From Macrostomum hystrix (lineage: Eukaryota; Animalia; Platyhelminthes): a stretch of DNA of 64,000 bases. The notes under the pieces were generated by a model. The model saw only the letters and a list, made by a program, of their open reading frames with translations. It had not been told where the DNA came from and did not search any database. Shown here in pieces: positions 35,701-47,162 of this stretch. Position numbers and translations under genes: made by a program. Position 1 is the first letter of the stretch. Each line of letters starts with the position of its first letter. Where the stretch lies: NCBI GenBank assembly GCA_950097015.1, contig CATNEN010000038.1, positions 29,574,001 through 29,638,000 of the forward strand. Direction: 5' to 3'.

Positions 35701-38700
35701 GTATTGTTGTCTTTACCTGGATTTTACTAGAGTTTCCTGGTAAACAGTTGAGGTGACCTGGTAAACAGTTGAGGTGACCTGGTAAACAGTTGAGGCAACC
35801 TGGTAAACAGTTGAGGTGACCTGGTAAACAGTTGAGGTGACCTGGTAAACAGTTGAGGTGACCTGGTAAACAGTTGAGGCTACCTGGTAAACAGTTAAAT
35901 CTACCTGGTAAACAGTTGAGGCTACCTGGTAAACAGTTGAGGCAACCTGGTAAACAGTTGAGGCAACCTGGTAAACAGTTAAGGCAACCTGGTAAACAGT
36001 TGAGGCAACCTGGTAAACAGTTGAGGCAACCTGGTAAACAGTTGAGGCTACCTGTCATCGCATGGTTACCTGCATCATTGCATAGCAACCAATTTTGTCT
36101 CCATGCGCCCGCAGGTTCTGCTGACGGCCCTGCTCTGTCCCGGCCTAGTATTCGCCATATTCTTCATCCTGAACCTGTTGCTATGGGTCAAAGGGAGTTC
36201 AGCAGCCGTGCCATTCTCTACCATTGTTGGCCTGCTATCCCTGTGGCTTCTGGTCTCCGTGCCGTTGTGCTTTGCCGGAGCCTACTTCGGCTACAAAAAT
36301 AATCCTATTGAGTACCCAGTGCGCACCAATCAGATTCCACGCGAGGTTCGTTGAGTCTTATATTGGCCTAATGCTATACTATCTACGTCTATGCTCTATG
36401 GTCAATTCCTATTTGATTCTTAGTTTTTTTGGGATCTATCCTTCGCTGATCTAAGGTTATGGGATCTAGTCGATTTCTCTACGATACCCTGTTTTGGGAT
36501 CTGTCCTGTCCTTTTCTCATTTTCTAATCCCCTGTTTTAGAAAATATTGAAGGATGTATTGAAGGACCTGCCTATCTCCCCAGTTTTGGGATCCAGTCAA
36601 TTCCTCTATTATCCCCAGTTTTGGGATCCAGTCAATTCCTCTATTATCCCCAGTTTTGGGATCCAGTCAATTCCTCTATTATCCCCAGTTTTGGGATCCA
36701 GTCAATTCCTCTATTATCCCCAGTTTTGGGATCCAGTCAATTCCCCTATTATCCCCAGTTTTGGGATCCGTCCTAACCCTTTGTAATCCCCAGTTCTGGA
36801 ATCTGTCCTGTCCCTTTCTAATCCCCAGTTTTGGGATTTATCTAATGATTTTCTGATCCCTGTTTTGGCATCTATCCTATTATTTTCTGATCCCCAGTTT
36901 TTGGATCTGTCCTGTCCCTTTCTGATCCCCAGTTTTGGGATCCAGTCAATTACTCTATGATCCCCAGTTTTGGGATCTGTCCTGTCATTTTCTAATCCCC
37001 AGTTTAGGGATTTATCCATTGATTTTCTGATCCCAGTTTTGGCATCTATCCTATTATTTTCTGATTCCCAGTTTTGGGATCCAGTCAGTTCTTATATGCT
37101 CCCCAGTTTTGGGATCCGTCTGTTTTGGGATTCCTCCTGTCCTTTTCTCTCCCCCATGTCAGGGATCTGTCCTACCCTTTTCTGATCTCCAGTTTTGGGA
37201 TTTATCCTATCATTTTCTCATCCCAAGTTTTAAATCTATAGTATATTTTTTATCCCTAATCGATGAAAGACTTGTTAATAATATTTTCAACACGGCCATG
37301 TGCAATAACATCTGTTTTCATTTAAATTCCTCTTCCCCACCTTCGCTCAAGGTGCCTCGCCAGTCAGTGTATTTGCGCTGCATCGCGGCCTGCTTGGCCG
37401 GCGGAATTCTCCCATTCGGTTGCATCTTCATCCAGCTGCACCTCATCTTCAACTCAATCTGGGGTGCCGAGGTGTTTTATATGTTCGGCTTTCTGTTCCT
37501 GGCCTTTGCTGTGCTGCTACTAACTAGCTCTGAGACCGCCATACTGCTCTGCTATTTCCAACTGTGCGCCGAGAATCACCGCTGGTGGTGGCGCGCCTAC
37601 CTCACCGGCGGCTCCACCGCCATCTACCTGCTGCTCTACTCAGTGCACTACTATATTACCCGCATGGCTGTTGGCGGCGCTGTCTCGTTTTGCCTGTTCT
37701 TTGGCTACACCGCTATCATTGTGCTGCTGTGCTTCCTGCTCACAGGTGAGCTCCCACATCACAGACACCTCCGCTACACCCTGCCTCTCCCACCCTGCCT
37801 CTCCCACCCTGCCTCTCCCACCCTGCCTCTCCCACCCTGCCTCTCCCACCCTGCCTCTCCCACCCTGCCTCTCCCACCCTGCCTCTCCCACCCTGCCTCT
37901 CCCACCCTGCCTCTCCCACCCTGCCTCTCCCACCCTGCCTCTCCCACCCTGCCTCTCCCACCCTGCCTCTCCCACACCTCCGCTACACCCTGCCTCTCCC
38001 ACCCATCCCTCCGCTACACTCTGCCTATATCACCCACCCCTCCGCAGCTCCGCTACACCCTGCCTATATCACCCACCCCTCTGCTACACCCTGCCTCTCT
38101 CACCCACCCCTCCGCAGCTCCGCTACACCCTGCCTATATCACCCACCCCTCTGCTACACCCTGCCTCTCCCACCCACCCCTCCGCTACACTCTGCCTATA
38201 TCACCCACCCCTCCGCAGCTCCGCTACACCCTGCCTATATCACCCACCCCTCTGCTACACCCTGCCTCTCCCACCCACCCCTCCGCTACACTCTGCCTAT
38301 ATCACCCACCCCTCCGCAGCTCCGCTACACCCTGCCTATATCACCCACCCCTCTGCTACACCCTGCCTCTCCCACCCACCCCTCCGCTACACTCTGCCTA
38401 TATCACCCACCCCTCCGCAGCTCCGCTACACCCTGCCTATATCACCCACCCCTCTGCTACACCCTGCCTCTCTCACCCACCCCTCCGCAGCTCCGCTACA
38501 CCCTGCCTATATCACCCACCCCTCTGCTACACCCTGCCTCTCTCACCCACCCCTCCGCAGCTCCGCTACACCCTGCCTATATCACCCACCCCTCTGCTAC
38601 ACCCTGCCTCTCCCACCCACCCCTCCGCTACACCCTGCCTCTCTCACCCACCCCTCCGCTACACCCTGCCTATATCACCCACCCCTCCGCAGCTCCGCTA

Positions 38701-39701
38701 CACCCTGCCTATATCACCCACCCCTCTGCTACACCCTGCCTCTCCCACCCACCCCTCCGCTACACCCTGCCTCTCTCACCCACCCCTCCGCTACACCCTG
38801 CCTATATCACCCACCCCTCCGCAGCTCCGCTACACCCTGCCTATATCACCCACCCCTCTGCTACACCCTGCCTCTCTCACCCACCCCTCCGCAGCTCCGC
38901 TACACCCTGCCTATATCACCCACCCCTCTGCTACACCCTGCCTCTCTCACCCACCCCTCCGCAGCTCCGCTACACCCTGCCTATATCACCCACCCCTCTG
39001 CTACACCCTGCCTCTCCCACCCACCCCTCCGCTACACTCTGCCTAAATCACCCACCCCTCCGCAGCTCCGCTACACCCTGCCTATATCACCCACCCCTCT
39101 GCTACACCCTGCCTCTCCCACCCACCCCTCCGCTACACTCTGCCTATATCACCCACCCCTCCGCAGCTCCGCTACACTCTGCCTATATCACCCACCCCTC
39201 CGCAGCTCCGCTACACCCTGCTTATATCACCCACCCCTCTGCTACACCCTGCCTCTCTCACCCACCCCTCCGCAGCTCCGCTACACCCTGCCTATATCAC
39301 CCACCCCTCTGCTACACCCTGCCTCTCTCACCCACCCCTCCGCTACACCCTGCCTCTCTCACCCACCCCTCCGCTACACCCTGCCTCTCTCACCCACCCC
39401 TCCGCTTCACCCTGCCTCTCTCAAACCTCCGCTACACCCTGCCTCTCCCACCCACCCCTCCGCTACACCCTGCCTCTCTCACCCACCCCTCCGCTACACC
39501 CTGCCTCTCTCACCCACCCCTCCGCTACACCCTGCCTCTCACGCCCACCCCTCCGCTACACCCTGCCTATCCGACCCCTCCGCTACACTTACGAGTAATT
39601 TGGGAAATTAAATCCGCGTTTTGATAATTCCAGGCTCAGTGGCATTCTTCAGCACCTTCTGGTTTATTCGCAAGATCTACAGCGTGATCAAGGTTGACTG
39701 A
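32771..39701 (+). CDS. TM9SF2: Transmembrane 9 superfamily member 2; exons ~32771-32902, 33318-33385, 33870-34152, 34604-34933, 35037-35385, 35508-35684, 36115-36345, 37352-37745, 39634-39701
   Basis: AFYLPGLAP, ENLGQVLFGERI, WIVDNLP, RTLHKDIARYN, GWKLVHADVFR, PVRTNQIPR, GGILPFG, C-terminal KIYSVIKVD. Confidence 0.93.
34265..34575 (-). mobile_element. SINE family A copy
   Basis: Shares GTGCCTTGGAGGTTGGCCCTCAAGGG body and tRNA-like head. Confidence 0.8.
35736..36053 (+). repeat. 21-bp intronic minisatellite
   Basis: CCTGGTAAACAGTTGAGGCAA/TGA units. Confidence 0.95.
36480..37230 (+). repeat. Degenerate ~34-bp repeat built on an ATCCCCAGTTTTGGGAT hairpin
   Basis: About 20 copies of ATCCC(C)AGTTTTGGGAT in TM9SF2 intron 7. 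Confidence 0.88.
37768..39590 (+). repeat. C-rich compound minisatellite filling TM9SF2 intron 8
   Basis: 16-bp CCCTGCCTCTCCCACC-type units, then 31/39-bp CCGCTACACCCTGCCTATATCACCCACCCCT-type units. Confidence 0.96.
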
Positions 39702-40199
39702 GTGGACACTTATGGACTGTCTAGTAATATTTGTTTCACTTTTTTGGCAATTGGTTTTCCAGATTTTTTTTTCATTTTCTATTGTACGATATGTTGTGAA
39801 GGTAAATAAGAAACTGATTTCTTAGTCACGTTTTGTTTGTTAGAGCTAGTGGTCTATTTTGTTTTCATTGGAGCTCAACGCAGTGTTTGGGAAACTTATT
39901 CGAATAAAAAAGATTAATTGTCATTTATCAATATTATTGTCTGGATTAAATTAATCAGCATTTCTGTTGCTACTATAATATCTGAAAATAATTTTCAAAT
40001 CATAAATAAATAACTTATCATTAAATTGGCGCTTATCTGTATTCAGCTGCGTGGCAAAAACTCAAAATTAGCATCCGCCTCTTCTTTCTTGTTGCTTTTT
40101 TTCTGCTACAAGCTAAAATAAAATGTTGGTGCACTAGGGAGAAAAATATGAATGTCACTTACAAAATTGACTACTGGCTGGATTTAGGTTGCTTAGTAA

Positions 40200-40805
40200 T
40201 TGACAGCTGAAATATTGAAGTAGCTGACAGATTTGACAGCTGAAATATTGAAGGAGCTGACAGATTTGACAGCTGACAGGTTTGACAGCTGACATATTGA
40301 AGTAGCTGACAGATTTGACAGCAGACATGTTGAAGGAGCTGACAGATTTGACAGCTGAAATATTGAAGGAGCTGACAGATTTGACAGCAGACATGTTGAA
40401 GGAGCTGACAGATTTGACAGCTGAAATATTGAAGGAGCTGACAGATTTGACAGCTGACATGTTGAAGTAGCTGACAGATTTGACAGCAGACATGTTGAAG
40501 GAGCTGACAGATTTGACAGCTGAAATATTGAAGGAGCTGACAGATTTGACAGCTGACATGTTGAAGGAGCTGACAGATTTGACAGCTGAAATATTGAAGG
40601 AGCTGACAGATTTGACAGCTGACATGATGAAGTAGATGACAGATTTGACAGCTGACATGTTGAAGTAGCTGACAGATTTGACAGCTGAAATATTGAAGTA
40701 GCTGACAGATTTGACAGCTGAAATATTGAAGTAGCTGACAGATTTGACAGCTGAAATATTGAAGTAGCTGACAGATTTGACAGCTGACATGTTGAAGTAG
40801 CTGAT
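40200..40805. repeat. 33-bp minisatellite
   Basis: GCTGACAGATTTGACAGCTGAAATATTGAAGTA units. Confidence 0.96.
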
Positions 40806-41584
40806 AGTCTATTCCAACCAATTTAGGCGGCCTTGATAATGGCCAATTGATTTTGAACTCACATTCTATTTCCTTTGTAGTTAACGTTAATGAAGTGCAG
40901 AATAGACAAATCAAATTAAAATAATTGTAAAAAAAGATTAATAGAATCTGTCTGTTGTCAGCTGTGACGATTCCGACCGGCTACACTAGACTCAAGTCGC
41001 CAGCTCTTTGGACCGTCGGGATATTCAATGTTTCTGACCGAAGGTCATGCAGATTTTTCCCTTAGACGCTAGTGTATTTCATTCACCCCTATACACGAAT
41101 TAGAACTGCGCCTCAGTGCGGCCTTGACAGACTTCAAAATTGATCAGCATGTCACCCGAATGTGCCTGCATCATCTCCGTCTTGGTGGTCACCTACCTTT
41201 CTCTAGACGGATTTGCTCGACCTTCAAGGGCAACAACAGGTGGAACTAGGCCACTATGGACACCCTGACACGTGAATTTCTCAAATTTCACTGTTAAAGC
41301 CTAAACACTAGGCGCAGGACACCATCGTCTAGTCTGTCAACCAATCAGTCACCACCCAACGCTTTTAACATTCAGGCGCTGCCAAAAAATTGCTGTTTTG
41401 CAAAAAAGTTTCATCAATCAATATTTATCGGTCAGTTAATCTATGCACATACTACTATATTGTTAAAAAAATTCATGCATGGCAGTTTCGTTGACATCAT
41501 TAAGCAACGCATGGATAGACATGTTACTGCAAGAAATATCTTAAAAAATCAATGACACATTGACACAGCCAAAACGTGGCAAAA

Positions 41585-44500
41585 TCACAAACGCGAGCTT
41601 TCAACAGAGGTCACATCGTCAGCTTCGATGCGCAGCCGAACATCTTCCGGGACTGCAGCTTCAGCCGAGAGCTGTCGAAGCTTTAGCACCGCAGACTGCA
41701 TGATATTTGAAGGTTCGCAGACACGCACTGCCGCGAACGCTGGCTGCGAAGGACTGTGGGCTGTGGGTGATGGCGGAGGCGTACACGGCAACATCGCGTG
41801 CGGAGGCGTCGGCTGTATTAACACAGCAGGCAGTGCCGCTAAGGGGTTGACATTTTCATTAGATTTTACAATCGCACCATTAGTTTTCGCATATTTTGCC
41901 TGAAGCTTCTGCAGAGCCTTCTGCTTTTTCTGCTCTTTCTTGTCGATTTTGGTCAGCTTGCCGTCTGGCTTTAAAGGGCCATTTGTCCCAGAGACCGTAG
42001 CTAGATTTAGATACTCGATTCTACTCTGCAGGCCAGAATCTTTGCTGCCGCTGCTCTTGCCCGAGTCTTCTGGTAGAGTCAGCAGCTGCGTCTGCTGCTT
42101 CTGGCCTGCCATCTTGATCTTCAGCCGCTTCAGCAGGGCACTTCGCAGCTGTCTCTCGGTCTCCTCCGCGCTGCCGAATTTGTCGTGCGCGTGCACTCCG
42201 TCAAAGTCGAAGGAATGCAGGAACTCGGCGATCTGCTCCTCCTCCGGCTGTCCATTGTCGGTGAGGCCGTTGGGGAAGATCGCGTCCTCAGCGCCGCCCA
42301 GCTTCACCGAGGCCTTCAGGTTGGAGTTGAGGATGTCGGAGAGGGGCAGGTCCGCCTTGTCCTTGCCCAGGCTGTTGAGCAGGCAGACTCCGATCTTGAA
42401 CCAGCCTGGTTTTAAACAGTCGAATCGGTCATCAGACAACACCAATAACTGCATGCATAACAGACAGCAGATCTGGCACAATGGAATCTATCTGCCTCAT
42501 GCTAAACAGTCTCACCCAGGTAAAAGATAAACTCCAGCGAGCCGATGATGGGAATGTACACGAGGATCTGCACCGCGTTCGGAATCTCAGAAGCGTTTCG
42601 GCTCCCACCCGAGTAGAGCGAGCCAGAGGGATTGAGGAAGTCATTCTCGGTCAATTGGGTGGACACTAGAGAGGCCATCAGAAATATGTACACGGCCGCC
42701 ACGGCCACCTGTGTGTACACCAGAGGAAGGTTGAACTCGCTGTAAGTCCACACTGTACCCAGGCTTCCACGGAACTTTGAAATCATCTCCACCATGAACA
42801 GATAGGCTCGCTCATCGGTAATGAGTCCTGTGAAAATAATAGTAATTAGTAAGAAATATAATATTCCTTAACGAATATTAATCAAGATGTACCCAGCCTT
42901 TGAATCTGATGGAAGTGGAAATCATGTTTAATGCTTTCTGCTTCTCTCTCGGAATGAAAATACACTATATCATGAAATCTGAATGTTCGAATAATTACGT
43001 CGATGGAACCTGTTTTCATTAGAAATATTTTTCCGCTTTTTAAAGGCATTTTTATCTACGTCTGGCGACTCAGTCTATAGCAAAATTAAATATGGTTTTT
43101 CTTTATTATAGTGGAGATAACAAAGTGTTAAGAGAAGAAAAAAACTTTGTTTTACCATAGACAATATTAAATTCTTTCCTAAAATCAGAAGAATTTCAAG
43201 ATTCGAGTAAAGGGCGACACCAACAAGCGAAAAACTAGTAATGATATAAACTATATTTTCATCCGTTGTTTTGCTTCTTGTCTAAAAGTATATTTCGATC
43301 CTGCACACATCATGGATTATAGACCTAAAGGAGACTTTTCCATAGACAAAATCAATGCTGCACGCTTGAGCGTGCAAGATCAGCAATTCTGCACGCAGAA
43401 TCAAAACACAATGTATAATTCTTGAACGCGTACGAGTGCTTTGGCCATAGACGCACGAGTAAGCGTTCATGAATTTCATTCTTATTAGAGCCATTCTAAC
43501 CATAGACAAAATTCATATTAAGAATAAAGTGTGGAGGGAGGAAAGAGAGAGGGGGTTCAAAATAAATAGATTTTTGTGCTTTTTTATTTCACGCCGACAT
43601 ATAAGATTAATTCATTCTTGCACGCAAGAAATTAGACTGGGAAGAACTGTTTGCGTGCAGGAATGGAGAGTGTCATTGTACACTTTTGGAGGGGTTTTTT
43701 CCCAGCCACCAATGAAGCCTGATTGTTGCACGCCTTTACTGTCTATGTCCCGAACCCCGCCGGCTCGTCTCGCTGTCTTACAGCCTTCCCCAAACTGAGT
43801 TCTCTTGCTGCCCTAAGTCAGGCGGTCTACTTTTGGACCATAGACATTTCGGGCGTGCACCAATCGACAAAATAATCGATTGCTGCACGCCCCGCGAGAC
43901 CGCTGGCTATATCCGCTCCGTGAGACTGATTGTTGCACGCCCCAACTGTCTGTGGTCCAAAAGTATACAATGCCAGTGATAAACGGCTATGAGTGCTGCA
44001 ATGTTTTTAACCGAGGGCGCTACGCTACGCGCCCTCGGTTAAAAACATTGCAGCACTCATAGCCGTTTATTACTACACTCAGCAACATTGAAAAGTTTCC
44101 ACCCTCGCGCAAGTTGTATATTTAGAGTTTCAAAACTGGTTTTTGTCGCCAGACTTGTGCCATAGACGATTGATGATTTCGTCAACACGCACTTGGGCCA
44201 TAGAATTCAAAAACTTGGGTCATAGACGCCAGACAAGTCGAAGGAAACAGTCACATGGAGCAGACAGCAGCATCTTACAGGAGTCTAAAATCCACGTTCG
44301 CAACCGAACGCAATGGTTCGCCAAATGACCGACCTGGAACGAGCGCGCGCCATTGGCATGCTGGACGCTGGGATGTCCATCCGAGCTGTTGCTCGCCAAA
44401 TTGGGCGGTCACACACAGCAATCCGCAAACTGCAGATCAAGTGCAGAGAAACGGGCAGCGTGGCGCACGCCACGCGCGGCCTGCGTCTCAATATGCGCAG

Positions 44501-47162
44501 TACAACTAGGAGGGCGGACCGGCGATTGCTGCGAATGGTAAAGGGAAGCCCCACATTGCCAGCCACCCTGCTACGGCTGATGTGGGCTGAAAGAAGCAGG
44601 CGAGGGAATGTCCTGAGCGCCCAAACCATCCGACGACGATTGCGGGAGTCGGGGCTGCGATCCCGTAAGATGCGCAAACGGTCACGCCTGACCCCAACCC
44701 ATGTGGCCAGCCGGGAACAATGGGCAATGCAAAGGGTCCACTGGAGGCAGCAGCAGTGGCGGCGAGTGATTTTCACAGATGAGAGCCGCTTTCGATTGTT
44801 CCGTGCCGACGGCCGCATTCGCGTGTGGCGCCAGCCGCGCCAGGAGATGCTGCCGCAGCACGTGCAAAACTCTGAGAGCCAGTCAGCTTCTATTCACGTG
44901 TGGGCAGGCATCACAATGCACGCGAAGACGGAGCTCGTGTTCCTGGATGCGACTGTGACTGCCGAGTCGTACGCCAACCTTCTACAGACGCGCCTGCTGC
45001 CCTTCATTGATGCTTCATGTGGTGGCGTGGCGAACTGCGTCCTCCAAGACGACAACGCCCCACCGCATCGCGCAGCCGCTGTGGCGCATCTGAAGGAGCT
45101 GCTGCACCTGCGAACCTTGCGCTGGCCGTCCCGATCACCGGACATGAATCCCATAGAGCACGTTTGGGATTACCTGAAGCGCTCGATTCGGCGCGACAAT
45201 CCGCCGCAAAATGTTGCCCAACTGCGCGAATCACTGTCTACTGCATGGCAACAACTACCGCAAGATTTTCTGCGACGCCTGGTTCTGGGGATGCCCCGGA
45301 GAGTGAGCGCTCTGCTGCACTCACGTGGCTGCTATACGCGTTACTGACCCTGTTCTGGGCGAGTTGTCACCCATGCTCGCGTACTTTGTTTCTTTGCTGT
45401 TCCTTTGCTTCGGTCGATTCCGGATTATATATTTGTCTATGGCTCAAACCACGAATATCTCCACAGACCAAAACGTTGCCCCTTCGCGCGCTAGGGTGGA
45501 AAATTTTCAATGTGGCTGAGTGTATATCATTCGTGCACGATGTCCATGTGTAAAACAGTGGAGATTTGGCCATAGATTATTTCATTCCTGCACGACTGCC
45601 TTCATTCCCGCACGCTGGCTCAAATAAGAATGAAACAGAGATTCTTTAGAATTTGCCATAAAGTGCCAGTTTCGAAGCAGTGGCAAATCTAAAAAGGAGT
45701 TGCAAGACATTTAAGGCACAGAAAAAGCTTAACTAATCAATTCTTTACTGTCGTTAAAAATATGGGTATAATGGTGTGTACGCGACTAGGCGTCTTAGCT
45801 TGTTTGTGTTTCGAAGCCTATCATTGCTGGAGCGTTTCTACACATTTTCCTGATATCCAAATTCAAAATTTCATAACTGCGATTTCTCGTACCAATGTTT
45901 CTGGCCCGTCGCAACAGTCGGGTGGCCCACACCAGAGGCAGCCAGTACTCGGGCTCATAGCTCAGGTCTGAGTCGTTCGACAGCTCGGCTGATCGACCAA
46001 ACGCGACGCGTTCCTCATCTGTGACCAGAGCGCCAAAGTACTTCTGCACTTTTGTGTCCGCGTTGATCAGGTCCAGACGTTTCTGCCAGGTGAGTTTGTA
46101 CTCTCCCTTCCTGGGACGCCAGAAGCCGAAACGCTCCTTAATGTGCAATGAGATTTCTCCCATGAGCAGAATCCAGGACAGGTTGAGGTAGCGAAGCACG
46201 GTGATGCGAATCTTCCTGGCAATGTCCGACTTGGTCGCCTTGCTTGTGTCGACGATGGCTTGGCTGTAGAACGACGCGGTGTACAACCATGGAATGGCCA
46301 TACAGGTGCTCCACCACCTGACGATAATTCAATTTGTGAAATAGCAATTGTGGAACGTTTTTCGTTCACATGCAGCATTGCAGTAGTTTAAGCAAAATCG
46401 TTATGCCTTAGTTTTAGAACTTAATGGGGCTTATCGATTATTACATATTTTTGTTGATTTGAAACACATTCAATGCCTGACAACAGTCGAGCTAAAGGTT
46501 TGAGTGGGTTAGATCGCTTCACAAACAAAGAACACCGAATATTGCCTCGAGCCACTCTGACAGCTAAAGCTACTTTCAATATTAAGCGTCTATGCTGCGT
46601 ACGGCTGTTCAGTCCATGGACTGGGAGGGATGCCACACTCCACCCTTAGCTACCCCTAACTAATTTAAGTGCCCATTTTATAGCTTGTGTTTTGTCTTCT
46701 AGCAAGACACTTGAATTTGCATTGCTTCAGTTCAACCCAGCTGTTCAATGGGTATCAGAGTTAGCTGGGGGTAAGCAGTATACGCAGCCTTCAGATATGA
46801 CTGTGTTGCTGGCTTCTGTTTTAAACATACTTTCACAAATAATAACTAGAAAACTAAACTCAATTAGCATGTGGTTCTCACCTGCTAATGACGGTGCTGA
46901 CGAAGAAGCCCAGCATGAAGGACAGCGGCACGGAGGTTCTGATCTGGCCAATCCACTTCACCGTCACCTCGAATGTCTGCTTCATGTCCTGATAGTCGAA
47001 CAGGATGTTCTGGTAGATTGCGGCCAGGATCATGTAGATGGCCACGAACACCAGGAAGTCCACCCAGAGCAACTGCCAGACGCTGCCAGACCATCGGAAG
47101 AGCAGCTTGATGAAGAACAGGCGCTCCTGGGTGTAGATGTTGGACGTGTAGCTCACGGCCAT
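41585..47162 (-). CDS. Bestrophin-family chloride channel, copy 1; exons 47162-46882, 46317-45893, 42827-42516, 42405-41585
   Basis: MAVSYT, LLFRWSGSVW, VPLSFMLGFFVS..RWW, RYLNL, YWLPLVWA, LPLVYTQV, FYLGWFK; GT-AG junctions in phase. Confidence 0.92.
43828..43965. mobile_element. Small MITE
   Basis: Imperfect ~37-bp TIRs TACTTTTGGACCATAGACA...GTGCACCAATC / GATTGTTGCAC...TGTCTGTGGTCCAAAAGTA. Confidence 0.65.
43979..44070. repeat. Perfect 42-bp-arm hairpin (MITE-like)
   Basis: ATAAACGGC...GAGGGCGC - TACGCTAC loop - GCGCCCTC...GCCGTTTAT. Confidence 0.92.
44076..45522 (+). mobile_element. Full-length Tc1 transposon in bestrophin-1 intron 2
   Basis: 35-bp TIRs CACTCAGC(A/C)ACATTGAAAA..CCACCCT with 3 mismatches; TA on both flanks. 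Confidence 0.95.
44313..45347 (+). CDS. Tc1 DD34E transposase (344 aa)
   Basis: N-terminal HTH, FTDESRF, QDDNAPPH, WPSRSPDMNPIEHVW with 34-residue D-E spacing. Confidence 0.95.
   Translation: MVRQMTDLERARAIGMLDAGMSIRAVARQIGRSHTAIRKLQIKCRETGSVAHATRGLRLNMRSTTRRADRRLLRMVKGSPTLPATLLRLMWAERSRRGNVLSAQTIRRRLRESGLRSRKMRKRSRLTPTHVASREQWAMQRVHWRQQQWRRVIFTDESRFRLFRADGRIRVWRQPRQEMLPQHVQNSESQSASIHVWAGITMHAKTELVFLDATVTAESYANLLQTRLLPFIDASCGGVANCVLQDDNAPPHRAAAVAHLKELLHLRTLRWPSRSPDMNPIEHVWDYLKRSIRRDNPPQNVAQLRESLSTAWQQLPQDFLRRLVLGMPRRVSALLHSRGCYTRY
46595..46790. mobile_element. SINE family B fragments (CORE-like); related copies at ~47770-48010, 52560-52680, 55940-56160 and 57655-57860
   Basis: GCTGTTCAGTCCATGGACTGGG motif; GCAAGACACTT...CCCAGCTGTTCAATGGGTA CORE-like segment; B box (GAATCGAACCC) in the 56k and 57k copies. 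Confidence 0.65.

Noticed and set aside
36480-37230. CRISPR-like array
   Set aside because: Eukaryotic intron, spacers are related to each other, and there are no cas genes.
41628-42530. Plus-strand ORFs over the bestrophin exons (also 49494-50135) and shadow ORFs over RPLP0 and Tc1
   Set aside because: Antisense or off-frame shadows of GC-rich coding sequence.
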